This document shows positions 42,496 to 52,850 of a stretch of DNA of 64,000 nt, in pieces. The DNA is taken from positions 448,001 through 512,000 of the forward strand of contig CAVVOP010000008.1 of assembly GCA_963749915.1 (NCBI GenBank), written 5' to 3'. The notes below the pieces were generated by a model, which searched no databases, was not told the DNA's origin, and was given only the letters and a program-made list of their open reading frames with translations. The translations under genes and the position numbers were made by a program. The DNA is from an uncultured cyanobacterium (GTDB lineage: Bacteria > Cyanobacteriota > Cyanobacteriia > Cyanobacteriales > Cyanobacteriaceae). Positions within the stretch are counted from its first letter, which is position 1, and each line of letters begins with the position of its first letter.

Positions 42496-43272
42496 ATGGT
42501 GAAAATTTTGGTGAGTGATTTTGATGGTGTTATTTGTGACGGTTTAAAGGAATATTTTTATAGTAGTAAGCTCGCTTATCAAGAAATTTGGCAAGATTCT
42601 ATTACAGCAGATTTAGATAGTTTGCAAACCACCTTTAATTTATTACGTCCTGTGGTCGAAATGGGGTGGGAGATGCCTTTATTATTGAGGGTTTTAACTT
42701 GGGGTGAAACCCCCGATAATATTTTAAAAAATTGGCATATTATTAAGGAAAAAGCCATTAAAATTCTTGATTTAGAAGGAATTAAAATTGTCAATATATC
42801 TAAAAAATTAGATTTAGTTAGGCAAAGGCAAATTAGTCATAATTTAGAACATTGGTTAGATTTACACTGTTTTTATGATGGTGTTATTAGTAAACTTAAA
42901 CAGTTAATTAAACAGGATACTAAATTATATATTATCACAACAAAAGAAGGTAAATTTACTAGAAAAATTTTAGAGAAAGCAGGATTTTTTTTACCAAAAA
43001 ATGTTATAATTGGCAAAGAAGTTACACGTCCTAAATATGAAAGTCTGCGGTTAATTATTAAGGCTGAAAAAGCTCACCCTTCAGACATCAGTTTCATCGA
43101 AGATAGATTGGAAGCCTTAGAATTGGTTAATCAACAAGAAGATTTACAAGGGGTTAAATTATTTTTGGCGTTATGGGGTTATAACCATGAATTGACAAAG
43201 GCTAAGGCGGAAAGTAATCCTCACATTAACGCTTTATCTTTAGCTGATTTTATCGGTAATGATGTATTCTAA
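42496..43272 (+). CDS. HAD-superfamily hydrolase
   Basis: DFDGVICDG, ITTKE, FIEDRL, LALWGYN. Confidence 0.88.
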   Translation: MVKILVSDFDGVICDGLKEYFYSSKLAYQEIWQDSITADLDSLQTTFNLLRPVVEMGWEMPLLLRVLTWGETPDNILKNWHIIKEKAIKILDLEGIKIVNISKKLDLVRQRQISHNLEHWLDLHCFYDGVISKLKQLIKQDTKLYIITTKEGKFTRKILEKAGFFLPKNVIIGKEVTRPKYESLRLIIKAEKAHPSDISFIEDRLEALELVNQQEDLQGVKLFLALWGYNHELTKAKAESNPHINALSLADFIGNDVF

Positions 43273-43306
43273 AGTTTAATGATGTTTACTAGCTATTTTT
43301 TCGGAA

Positions 43307-43900
43307 ATGACTTATACCACAGACGAGTTAATTAAATTTTTAGAGTTGGAATTAAGGGCGACTTGGGGGGGGATGAGATTAATTTTCAATGCAGAGGAAA
43401 AATTAGATAATCCCGCAGTGGCGAAGGCGATTAATATGCAGAAAACTAGCCGGGTTTTCGTGTTTCGTGATTTTCGGCAACAAATCCATGAGTATCAGCA
43501 AAAACATCAAGTTTCCGGGATTATTTGGCGCCATATTACTTTTAAGGATAAATCTTTTAGTTGTCCAGAGGTTTATAATCAATTAATTCCCATCGACGGG
43601 GATAAAGAAATTTTAATGGGGGCGAAGGTTTCGGTTCTCGATTTTTGGGGAGAAGTTACTGAAGATATGAACTATTATTTAAACAACAATATTGACAATA
43701 ATATTCTCATAACTAAAGATAAATTAGAATTGTTATATCAAGAAGGAGAATGGGCAGAATTAGACGCTGGAAAAGAAGAAATTTATTTAGGTTTATGTTG
43801 GGGAAATCCTCAAGAATATATTTATAAATGGGCGAATCCTGAATCTGGTTGTCATCGCATTATTGCTGCTTATAATGAGCCCAGTGGCATTAGTATTTAA
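43307..43900 (+). CDS. Conserved cyanobacterial hypothetical protein
   Basis: MTYTTDELIKFLELELRA...FRQQIHEYQQKHQVSGI. Confidence 0.7.
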   Translation: MTYTTDELIKFLELELRATWGGMRLIFNAEEKLDNPAVAKAINMQKTSRVFVFRDFRQQIHEYQQKHQVSGIIWRHITFKDKSFSCPEVYNQLIPIDGDKEILMGAKVSVLDFWGEVTEDMNYYLNNNIDNNILITKDKLELLYQEGEWAELDAGKEEIYLGLCWGNPQEYIYKWANPESGCHRIIAAYNEPSGISI

Positions 43901-43944
43901 ACTCGACTCTCTACTTTTTTGTTTAAGTATCCATTCTTTCATTT

Positions 43945-44106
43945 TCCATCGATGCTGTATTCGAGACATTCAAGAAAACAACGGAATCAATCGCTGGTTT
44001 TGTGCAATGGGTAGCAAAACCGATTCGGGATAAAGATTGGGGTTCCCTGATTTGCCTTATTCTTGCTGCCATTATTCTCGGTTGGCTGTCGAGAGCGGCG
44101 ATCGCC
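43945..44106 (+). pseudogene. Start-less coding-like fragment cut at a HIP1/MITE junction
   Basis: Reads SIDAVFETFKKTTESIAGFVQWVAKPIRDKDWGSLICLILAAIILGWLSRAAIA (amphipathic plus TM). Confidence 0.35.
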
Positions 44107-44168
44107 CTAGGAGTAAAAAGGTTTCAAATGCTTATAATGAAAGAATCATAAATTTTTGGAGATGTCTA
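44107..44168. repeat. Right part of the 81-bp TAGACATCTCCA-family MITE
   Basis: Ends TGGAGATGTCTA and resembles the 3' half of 46506-46586. Confidence 0.65.
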
Positions 44169-44241
44169 TTGAAAGGGCTGGTCGATTGTGGCTCTAATTC
44201 GCCTTCGATTGGACTAGCCTCACTTTACACCCACTCTCTCA

Positions 44242-44661
44242 ATGAATTTCCCACTTAGTCTAAGCTCGCTTCTAGCCTTATATCTGCTGACCTTAACTAG
44301 TCCAGGTTGGTCGGCATTACCTTTTTCCTCAAAACAAAAAGCTGACATCATTGAGCGCATTAATATTTGTCAGCAACCTATATTTGAGGACGGTTATGAA
44401 ACTGGCGATTTTAAAATTTCCATCTTTAAAGAGCAAAATGGTAGTTTTATTTACTGTGGCTATAGTAAAAAAACTCAAGCTAAAATCATCCTTACTGCTA
44501 TTAGAGGAAACAAGTTTAACCCCGAAGTTATTTGGCAAGCAAGGAATGGCACGGTACTTTACACGATCAAGGTGTCAGGGGAGTCTAGCTATATATTTAG
44601 CATAACCGAAAGAGGTTCGAGAATCTATCAGGCTGAAGCTTGGTCTGTTTATCCCCCTTAA
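44242..44661 (+). CDS. Small secreted protein (candidate lysozyme inhibitor / immunity protein)
   Basis: Signal peptide (..GWSA), beta-rich mature part, two Cys; function inferred only from context. Confidence 0.7.
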   Translation: MNFPLSLSSLLALYLLTLTSPGWSALPFSSKQKADIIERINICQQPIFEDGYETGDFKISIFKEQNGSFIYCGYSKKTQAKIILTAIRGNKFNPEVIWQARNGTVLYTIKVSGESSYIFSITERGSRIYQAEAWSVYPP

Positions 44662-44787
44662 TCGTTACAAAAATTAACTTTTGGCGTGTAACCCATACCT
44701 GGGAGACCTACTAAAATTAAGCTGTAAACTTTTTTGACTATTGTCTATAAAGACTTACAAAATCGAAATGTAACTAGGGGGTTTATT

Positions 44788-46440
44788 ATGGCTGATGCTC
44801 CTATTCTATTTGACAAACCTTTTCCTGAAACTCAAGTAAGTGCGCCTTACCAGAAATACACCAATAAGATCATGGGAACTGTCTTAGTGACAGGCGGTTT
44901 TATGGAACCTCGTGGTCATGGGTATAAAAGCTTTGTCAGTCAAGCGATTCGCCGAGATGGTTCGATGTTTAGTATTGGTCCTGGCAACTATAATATCGGC
45001 TTTGACTATTCTAAGGGCTTCGGTACTTCAGTTATCTGTATGTATTCCGGGATAGTGACTAAGGCGGGTCGAGAGGGGGGTTACGGCTATCGAATTCATG
45101 TCAAATTAGATATCCCCTTTATCTACCAAGGCAAAACCTATACTTGTTACCAAGCTTATGCCCACTGTTCTAAACTGTTGAAGACAGTGGGACAGAGAGT
45201 AGCTCAAGGAGAAGCAGTTGGGATTGAAGCCGGACACGGTTCTAACGGACCTCATGACTATGGCTCTCACGTAGATCTCGATACCTATTGCACGATTAAG
45301 GGTCAAAAGATTCACCTCAACTTTGAATTCCTGGCAGAGGGAGTAGACGAAGACGATTTTGTGGAAACTATTGAGGTAATGAAGGTTGGCTCTCGCGGCT
45401 TAGACGTTCGTTGGCTTCAGCAAACATTGAAGATTAATGCTGATGGAAAATTCGGTAATGCTACTAAAGCAGCAGTTGAGAACTATCAACGTAGCCAGCC
45501 AGATTTAGTTGTAGACGGAATTGCCGGTGAAAATACCTGTAAACAATTGGGGTTGTACAATTTTGCCATTTATGCCAAACAAGAAACGATTATCAAACAT
45601 CAACCCGTCCAGTCGTCGGAAATCACCGACCCCCAAGACAAATTTGACTTCGTCCCTGAAACTGAGATGGAACCAATACTGGCCAATTGGGTTGAGGACG
45701 AAGGAGAGCACTGGAAATTTGAACTCAAAACTCCTCAAAATGGCAAATTTAATTGGTATGCCTTTAAACCTCACGTTGCTATCGTCCAAGGTTATGAGGA
45801 CGATCGGGAAGATCTTGGTGATATAGATGAAGCCACTCTAGAAACAAGTGGAGAGGCCAACCGTTGGGAGAAAGCTTTAAAAAATTGCCCAACAGAAGGT
45901 TGTAAACCAGCAACCGCTAACCCGGAAGGGCTTAATTATGCAGGAGTTCCCGCGAGTCATGAAATTGCACGCAAAGACATGGCTAACCTCAATCAGGAAA
46001 GACTGACTTCAATCGACAAAGCTGCTCGAAAGCTTAACGTTCCCGCCGCGATTATTACTGCTCTAGCTAGTCGTGAAAGCCATCTCGGTTCAATTCTCGG
46101 CGAGTTTGGTAACCAACCGGGTTGGGGAGATAATAATCATGCTTGGGGAATCTTGCAGGTCGATCGCCGCTATCATTCTCCTCTCGCCGGATTAGACGAC
46201 CCCTATTCACAAGCCCACATCGAGCAAGCCATTGGCATTTTCAGCAATTACCGGGATCAGGTAGAGAAAAAACATCCCACTTGGCCGGACGAACAAGTTC
46301 TCAAGGGCGCTTGTGTTGCTTATAACTCTGGGGTGAGTAATGTTATTACCATTGGCGGAATGAATGAGGGGACAACACATGATGACTATGGGGATGATGT
46401 GATCGCCCGAGCTCAGTTCTATCTGGAAAACTTGAGCTAA
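44788..46440 (+). CDS. Multidomain peptidoglycan hydrolase: M23-like + PG-binding + goose-type (GH23) lysozyme
   Basis: GGYGYRI and YAHC M23-like core; VRWLQQTL..ADGKFGNATKAAV..YQ..DGIAG PG-binding; SRESH, GWGD, LQVDRRYH, AYNSG, GTTHDDY..DVIARAQFY; ATG at 44788 after AGGGG. Confidence 0.9.
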   Translation: MADAPILFDKPFPETQVSAPYQKYTNKIMGTVLVTGGFMEPRGHGYKSFVSQAIRRDGSMFSIGPGNYNIGFDYSKGFGTSVICMYSGIVTKAGREGGYGYRIHVKLDIPFIYQGKTYTCYQAYAHCSKLLKTVGQRVAQGEAVGIEAGHGSNGPHDYGSHVDLDTYCTIKGQKIHLNFEFLAEGVDEDDFVETIEVMKVGSRGLDVRWLQQTLKINADGKFGNATKAAVENYQRSQPDLVVDGIAGENTCKQLGLYNFAIYAKQETIIKHQPVQSSEITDPQDKFDFVPETEMEPILANWVEDEGEHWKFELKTPQNGKFNWYAFKPHVAIVQGYEDDREDLGDIDEATLETSGEANRWEKALKNCPTEGCKPATANPEGLNYAGVPASHEIARKDMANLNQERLTSIDKAARKLNVPAAIITALASRESHLGSILGEFGNQPGWGDNNHAWGILQVDRRYHSPLAGLDDPYSQAHIEQAIGIFSNYRDQVEKKHPTWPDEQVLKGACVAYNSGVSNVITIGGMNEGTTHDDYGDDVIARAQFYLENLS

Positions 46441-46505
46441 TCTTCCCAGTATAAGGAGTTAAAGTAACCTGAAACCTGAGTATTGGATAAGGGAATCAGC
46501 TCTAA

Positions 46506-46586
46506 TAGACATCTCCAACAATTCCTAAAAAGAGGGCTAAAACCCCTATTCTATCGTTTTAAAATCATAGTTTCTGGAGATGTCTA
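46506..46586. mobile_element. 81-bp MITE with TAGACATCTCCA terminal inverted repeats
   Basis: Perfect 12-bp TIR; gapless homolog at 54661-54741. Confidence 0.85.
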
Positions 46587-46623
46587 GTGGCTACCACGGT
46601 AATTCCGGAAGAGCCAGATATTG

Positions 46624-47742
46624 TTAATTGTTAATGCTTTTTGGATCAAGAGCGTCTCTTAGACCGTCCCCCAATAAATTAAAAGATAATACTGTCAAAA
46701 TAATTAAAATTGCCGGGGGAAAAATTAACCAAGGTTGTAAAACTAATACAGAGGCGTTAGTGGCTAATGATAGTAAATTACCCCAACTCGGATCTGGTTG
46801 CTGAATGCCTAAGCCGATTAAACTCAATACGGATTCAGCCACGATAAAACCAGGAATTGATAACGTTGCTGAAATGATGATATAAGTAGCCGTTTGCGGT
46901 AGGATGTGTTTGACAATAATCTGAAATGAATTTGCCCCGATGGCCTTAGCTGATTGTACAAATTCTTGCTCTTTTATGGTTAAAACCTGTCCTCTGATGA
47001 CTCTAGCTAATCCTGACCAACCTATTAAAGAAGTAATTAAAACGATTAATAAAAATCTTTGGGCACTGCTTAAGCTAGGAGGTAAAACGGCGGCTAATGC
47101 AACCAACAAATAAATACCCGGAATCGTCATTAAAACTTCCACAAGTCGCATTAAAATATTATCTAGAATACCTCCAAAATAACCAGCAACACCTCCAATT
47201 ATCATGCCCAATGGAAAAGAAATTAAAATCCCAATTACGCCGATAAAAAGGCTAATTCTACCACCATAGAGTAATCTACTTAGTTGATCTCTGCCTTGTT
47301 CATCTGTGCCCAAAAGGTTTATTTTTCCTTCTCCGATAGTGCCAAATAAACGTCTATTTAATTTAAACCCAGAAAATATTTCCACCTCTTCAAATTTTGG
47401 TGGTAAAGGTAATTTTATCTGCAAAAATTGAAAAGGTTCATCTTCTACAAATAAACGTATGGGTGATGGTTTTGTATAGTCTATTTCTAATAAGCGGTCG
47501 CCTGTTTCTAAATCCGTTCTCCCTTGAGTGGTAGGATAAACATGAGGACCAATAAACTGCTTTTGTGAAGTAGTATGCCAATGAATCGTAGTTGGTGGCA
47601 ATAAAGAGCCATTTTCCTGGGCTGAATAAGGATTATAAGGTGCAATAAAATCCGCTCCCATGACTATAATATAAAAGAATATTAAAGTAATAGCTCCTAA
47701 TTTTGCTAAAGGATTTTTATTTAGTTTATGCCACCAATTCAT
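46624..47742 (-). CDS. Peptide/nickel ABC transporter permease (DppC/OppC-like)
   Basis: LLGTDEQGRD, ARVIRGQVL...EFVQSAKAIGA loop, PSWGNLL, GDGLRDALDP. Confidence 0.92.
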   Translation of the reverse strand: MNWWHKLNKNPLAKLGAITLIFFYIIVMGADFIAPYNPYSAQENGSLLPPTTIHWHTTSQKQFIGPHVYPTTQGRTDLETGDRLLEIDYTKPSPIRLFVEDEPFQFLQIKLPLPPKFEEVEIFSGFKLNRRLFGTIGEGKINLLGTDEQGRDQLSRLLYGGRISLFIGVIGILISFPLGMIIGGVAGYFGGILDNILMRLVEVLMTIPGIYLLVALAAVLPPSLSSAQRFLLIVLITSLIGWSGLARVIRGQVLTIKEQEFVQSAKAIGANSFQIIVKHILPQTATYIIISATLSIPGFIVAESVLSLIGLGIQQPDPSWGNLLSLATNASVLVLQPWLIFPPAILIILTVLSFNLLGDGLRDALDPKSINN

Positions 47743-47938
47743 AAATTTAATGATGATTATTGAAGTTTATATTTCCCATCCTACTCGTCTTGAGGTTGGT
47801 TTTTCGGGAAACCCTATAGTCACAGTACGAAAACTAGCTCTAAAAGTCAAGATTTTAAGTTATTATCTATAAACAAACTAAGAGCAAATTAATTAAACTG
47901 TCTAAATTAAATTAAGTTCCCCTTATAAATAAATTATT

Positions 47939-48916
47939 ATGACAAATGCAGATAATCGTTTACGCAATGAGTTTTTGAATACTCAGGTGATAACGAGAAG
48001 TACGGGTAAGCGACTCGGAGTAGTAAGAGAAGTATTAGTAGATATTGATCGTAGAGAAGTGGTAGCTTTGGGATTAAGAGATAATCGTCTAGCGATGTCA
48101 GGTATCCCTAAATATATGTATCTTAACAGTGTGACTCAAACAGGAGATGTCATTTTAGTAGAAGACGAAGAAGTAATTGAAGATGTAGATATAGACCTTT
48201 ACAGTCCTTTGATTAATTGTGAAGTGGTGACGGAAACAGGTGAACCTCTAGGTAAGGTCAGAGATTTTCAATTTAACTTAGTAGATGGCCAAGTCTATTC
48301 TTTAACTCTGGCTGTTATCGGTTATCCTCAGATTCCAGAGCAGTTAATCAGTACTTATGAATTATCAGTTGATGAAATCGTCAGTAGTGGACCCAGTAGA
48401 ATTATCGTGTTTGAAGGTGCGGAGGAACGGTTAACTCAGCTTACCGTCGGCCTTTTAGAACGATTGGGCATTGGCAGACCCATTTGGGAAAAAGAGGATG
48501 AGGAAATGTACTATGCACCCACAACTCCTCCTGAAAATCAGTTACCAACGGGAACTCCTATGAAGCCTGTAGTACAAACCGTCAAAAATCGTCCAAAGGT
48601 AGTCCAAGAAAATTGGAATGAGGATGAATGGGAAGAAGCAAGACCGATGAATACCCCTCCCATGGGTCGAAAATCACAATCTATGGCTTATGATGAATAT
48701 GAAGATGACCTAGAAGAAGATAATTGGGGTGAGAGTATGGTGAAAAGAGAACCCGCACCTCGTTATCAATCAGATAATTATGATTCCTCAAATAAACGGG
48801 ATTATGATGATGATTCTTTGGAAGAAGATATGTGGGATGACGATGTAGAATCTGATTATCGTCCTCAAAAAGTGAACATTCCTCAAAAACAAAAAATTCC
48901 TGAATACGAGGAATAA
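47939..48916 (+). CDS. PRC-barrel domain protein
   Basis: Two PRC barrels (TGKRLGVV, TETGEPLGKVRD), acidic tail. Confidence 0.88.
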   Translation: MTNADNRLRNEFLNTQVITRSTGKRLGVVREVLVDIDRREVVALGLRDNRLAMSGIPKYMYLNSVTQTGDVILVEDEEVIEDVDIDLYSPLINCEVVTETGEPLGKVRDFQFNLVDGQVYSLTLAVIGYPQIPEQLISTYELSVDEIVSSGPSRIIVFEGAEERLTQLTVGLLERLGIGRPIWEKEDEEMYYAPTTPPENQLPTGTPMKPVVQTVKNRPKVVQENWNEDEWEEARPMNTPPMGRKSQSMAYDEYEDDLEEDNWGESMVKREPAPRYQSDNYDSSNKRDYDDDSLEEDMWDDDVESDYRPQKVNIPQKQKIPEYEE

Positions 48917-49324
48917 ATCCATATCCCCAACAGTACCTCAAAACCATCTTGACAGACCGCTACTGCTTTCTGGTTAATGGCACTTCCCGAATGTTCACAG
49001 TGTTAAAGCAAGTTCTGTAAATATTGATAAACCATGACATTTAACCATAAGTAAAGATTATGTCATTCATTAACGTCAGGAATCCTTGACATAATGATCC
49101 CCTTAACCTATATTTCTCGTTAAGAGAGGGTAAATAAAAGCTTATACCCCTTGACGAATCAGGGTTAGATTTTGTTACATAAAGTTAAGTGATTGATCCC
49201 CGTGGAGAAGTTCAAAGTAATTTAGGCCTCAATATGGTGTATTAAGCACTGAATCAGTTTAGCGATAAAGTACTATTGTGATTCTAATCTATTTCATAGA
49301 TAAAAGTAACAAAGATTTAATCTT

Positions 49325-50680
49325 ATGTCTAAACAACTACCACCTATAGAGGAAATGACCCTAAGGCAACTGCGAAAAATCGCTAGTTTGCTGAATATTC
49401 CTCTTTATAGCCGAATGCGCAAAGCACAACTGTTAAGTGCTATTCAAGAAAAAGAGAGCTTAACTATTTTCACAGATACCATAAGTTCTAATAATAAGAC
49501 CAATTTATCAAATCAATTTAATATTCAAGGGGAGCAAAAAATGGAAGCATCTAAATTCGAAGTGGGACAAGTGGAAGCATCTAAATTTGAAGTGGGACAA
49601 GAGGATTTAACAGGAGGTCCCCTCGCTGATGTGGATCAAGGTTTCGGGGAATTACCCGGCGGATACGGTGACAGTCGTATTGTGTTAATGCCTCGTGATC
49701 CCCAATGGGCTTATACTTACTGGGATGTTCCCCATGAAAGAAAAGAAGATTTACGTCGTCAGGGTGGACAACAGTTGGCTTTAAGATTATATGATGTTAC
49801 GGATATTGATTTAAACTATCAAAGTCCTCATAATATTCAAGAATATCTTTGCGATGAATTAGCCCGTGAATGGTACTTACCTATTCCTGTAAGCGATCGT
49901 GATTATGTAATTGATATTGGTTATCGTTGTTTTGATGGACGTTGGTTAGTTTTAGCCAGATCTGTGCCCGTAAGAGTTCCCCCTGTATATCCTAGCGATT
50001 GGGTAGAAGATATCTTTGTAACCGTACCTTGGGAAGAAGATTTAAGAACCAAAACCGTTTATAAATTAACTCCCCCCGCGAAAAAAGCAGCTATGGCGGC
50101 ACAACAACAAGCCACTTATCACAATCAAATTCATGATGAGATCTTTGGTTTAGCCCACGGAGTAGAAGCTCAAAGAGTAGCAGGATCCTTATACGGCAGT
50201 ATGCAACACGTACCTAGCTCAATGATCCCCGAAAATGCTCTTAGTTCCTATATCTTCCCTTCTGGAGTGGGGATGTGGGCGACGACGACAGGTTTAGCCT
50301 CTGGTTCAGGTTTAGGGTTAATGTCTGGCTCAGGTTTAGGGTTAATGTCTGGTTCAGGTGCTGGATTCTCCTCTGAGATGATTCCCCATAAACCTCGTAA
50401 ATTCTGGTTAATTGCCGATGCAGAGTTAATCGTTTATGGTGCTACTGAGCCTGACGCAAAAGTGACGATTGGCGGCAGGGAAATAAAGTTAAATCCTGAT
50501 GGTACTTTCCGTTTCCAAATGTCCTTCCAAGACGGTAATATTGATTACCCCATCGTGGCCGTAGCATCTGATGGTGAACAAACCCGTTCAGTACATATGA
50601 CCTTTAACCGTGAAACTCCTTCTCGTAATACTAATACCAAAGAAGAAGCGGTTTTAGAGTGGTTTCCTCCCGTTAAATAG
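49325..50680 (+). CDS. DUF4912 protein with Rho-termination-factor N-terminal motif
   Basis: EEMTLRQLRKIA..YSRMRKAQL; LPGGYGDSRIVLMPRDPQWAYTYW; FWLIADAELIVYGATEP. Confidence 0.9.
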   Translation: MSKQLPPIEEMTLRQLRKIASLLNIPLYSRMRKAQLLSAIQEKESLTIFTDTISSNNKTNLSNQFNIQGEQKMEASKFEVGQVEASKFEVGQEDLTGGPLADVDQGFGELPGGYGDSRIVLMPRDPQWAYTYWDVPHERKEDLRRQGGQQLALRLYDVTDIDLNYQSPHNIQEYLCDELAREWYLPIPVSDRDYVIDIGYRCFDGRWLVLARSVPVRVPPVYPSDWVEDIFVTVPWEEDLRTKTVYKLTPPAKKAAMAAQQQATYHNQIHDEIFGLAHGVEAQRVAGSLYGSMQHVPSSMIPENALSSYIFPSGVGMWATTTGLASGSGLGLMSGSGLGLMSGSGAGFSSEMIPHKPRKFWLIADAELIVYGATEPDAKVTIGGREIKLNPDGTFRFQMSFQDGNIDYPIVAVASDGEQTRSVHMTFNRETPSRNTNTKEEAVLEWFPPVK

Positions 50681-50849
50681 CAGGAGAGGAGAGGACAGGT
50701 GGCTAGTGCAAGAATGCAGAATTAAAAAGGTAGAGTTTACAATGAAAAATCCTTAATTTTCAGGGCTTACAGGAATTTAACACTCTCGTTTTATTTCCGC
50801 ACTCTCTCACCAGGAGATTAATTTTTCCGAACCCTGAAACTTGGAAAAG

Positions 50850-52010
50850 TTATTTCGCCGATTGAATTAATAACCATGTACCTGTACCCAATCCTAGAAA
50901 ATTAGGTAACCATGCCGCCATAAAGGGGGTGAGAATCCCCCAAACTCCCATGGATTCACTGACAAAAGAAAGCAGATAATAAGAGAAGATTAAACCGACA
51001 CAAATACCGAAACTCGTTGCTTTACTGGTATTTTGAGGACGTACCCCCAAGGCCGCCCCAATTAATCCAAACACTACACACACAAAGGGCAATGATATTT
51101 TTCCTTGAATGCGAACTAATATTTTCCGGATTTCTTTTTCGTTGGCTTCTAGTTTAACTATTTTTAAATATTCCCGTGCTTGGGCGATGCTCATTTCGTC
51201 ATAACTGGGAGGGCGTTGTGCCAAATCAAGAGGGGCTTTGGATAAGGCTAATTGTTGATGTTCAAAACGAACAATATTGCGGTATGCACCATCGGGAGAA
51301 ATTAGGTAAATTGTGCCGTTGAAAAAATCCCAAACATTTTCCCCCATATTCCATGTGGCGGTTTGAGAGGTGAGAATCTGGTTGACCCCTTCCCTCGACA
51401 AGTCTAAGATGGTTAGGTCTTTCATTTCCTTACCATTAAATTCTTCGGCGTAAAATAATCGTACTAATACTGAGTGACGACTGCCATCTTCCTGAGTTAT
51501 GGTCTTATATTCGGGATAAAGAATGTTACGATCTTTAAAGGTTGGTCTAACTCGATCCAGGGCTTTTTGTAATGTTAAAGTGGCTTGCCGATTGGCGGAA
51601 GGGGTGACAACATCGTTAATAAAAAAAGTCATCCCCGCAACCACTAAGCTCAAAATAATAGCAGGTACAATCAAACGATAAACATTAATGCCAATACTGC
51701 GTAAAGCAATGATTTCACTATCACTAGATAATCGACTATAGGCCATTAAAGTTGCCAATAATACTGACATGGGAAAGGCTAAAGCAATAAACTCTGGCAT
51801 TCTCAACAATAAAATTTTTAAAGCAACGTTTAATAATAATCCTGATTCTGTTACCCTACGAATTAACTCAAATAATGTGCCGATGGATAAACCCAAAGAG
51901 GTAAATAAACCAATACCAAACAGGAATGGTAGCAATAATTCAGTCATAATGTATCGATCCATGACCGATATTTGCGGTAACGATAGTTGGAATTTTGGTT
52001 CTTTTTCCAT
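50850..52010 (-). CDS. LptF/LptG family permease
   Basis: MDRYI, RLSSDSEIIALRSIG, AAWLPN. Confidence 0.9.
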   Translation of the reverse strand: MEKEPKFQLSLPQISVMDRYIMTELLLPFLFGIGLFTSLGLSIGTLFELIRRVTESGLLLNVALKILLLRMPEFIALAFPMSVLLATLMAYSRLSSDSEIIALRSIGINVYRLIVPAIILSLVVAGMTFFINDVVTPSANRQATLTLQKALDRVRPTFKDRNILYPEYKTITQEDGSRHSVLVRLFYAEEFNGKEMKDLTILDLSREGVNQILTSQTATWNMGENVWDFFNGTIYLISPDGAYRNIVRFEHQQLALSKAPLDLAQRPPSYDEMSIAQAREYLKIVKLEANEKEIRKILVRIQGKISLPFVCVVFGLIGAALGVRPQNTSKATSFGICVGLIFSYYLLSFVSESMGVWGILTPFMAAWLPNFLGLGTGTWLLIQSAK

Positions 52011-52015
52011 GAGGT

Positions 52016-52744
52016 TTAGGCTTGAAAATTATCTCCTAAATAGTATTGTCTAACTAAGGGGTTGTTATAAAGTTCTTCTGCTGTACCAGAAGCTAATATT
52101 TGTCCCTCCCTCATAATATAAGATCTGCTAGTAATAGCCAAAGTTTCTCTGACATTATGATCTGTAATTAAGATTCCCATGTCCTTATTTTTGAGATCGG
52201 CAATGATTTTTTGTATTTCTGATACAGCGATGGGGTCTACTCCAGCGAAAGGTTCGTCTAAGAGGAGAAATTTAGGACCTTGTTTCCCCACTGCCAACGC
52301 CCTTGCTAATTCAGTTCTGCGTCTTTCCCCCCCCGAAACTTGAGATCCTTTCGTATCTACTACTTTTTCCAGACGAAATTCGGCGATCAACTGATCCAAA
52401 CGCATCTTACGGAAACGGGGGGAAAAGTTTGTTTGTTCTAATACTAATTGTATATTCTCTTTAACGGTCAAATTACGAAAAATACTGGCCTGTTGGGTTA
52501 AATAACCAATGCCTAACTTCGCCCGTTGATTCAATTGTAAGCTGGTAATATTTTGGTCATCGAGATAAACATTACCCTCATTAGGCTTAACTAAACCAGT
52601 AGTAATATAAAATGTAGTCGTTTTTCCCGCACCATTGGGTCCTAATAAACCAACAATTTCCCCCTGAAAGACTTTAATATTAACTCGATTAACAATACAT
52701 CTTTGACCGTAAAATTTGTGGACATTTTCTAGCAGTAATTTCAT
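52016..52744 (-). CDS. lptB: LPS export ABC transporter ATP-binding protein
   Basis: GPNGAGKTT, SGGERRR, LLDEPFAGVDPIAV, ITDHNVRETL. Confidence 0.95.
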   Translation of the reverse strand: MKLLLENVHKFYGQRCIVNRVNIKVFQGEIVGLLGPNGAGKTTTFYITTGLVKPNEGNVYLDDQNITSLQLNQRAKLGIGYLTQQASIFRNLTVKENIQLVLEQTNFSPRFRKMRLDQLIAEFRLEKVVDTKGSQVSGGERRRTELARALAVGKQGPKFLLLDEPFAGVDPIAVSEIQKIIADLKNKDMGILITDHNVRETLAITSRSYIMREGQILASGTAEELYNNPLVRQYYLGDNFQA

Positions 52745-52850
52745 AAATAGTTAATAATCAATAATTAATAATTAGGAATTAACAACAGAGTTTCCTCAGA
52801 AGTCAGGCAAAAATCAAAAATCATCTGAACTCTGAACTCCGAACCCATTA

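Noticed and set aside
44037..44258. 73-aa ORF upstream of the secreted protein
   Set aside because: Spans a HIP1 junction and MITE sequence; no RBS or motif.
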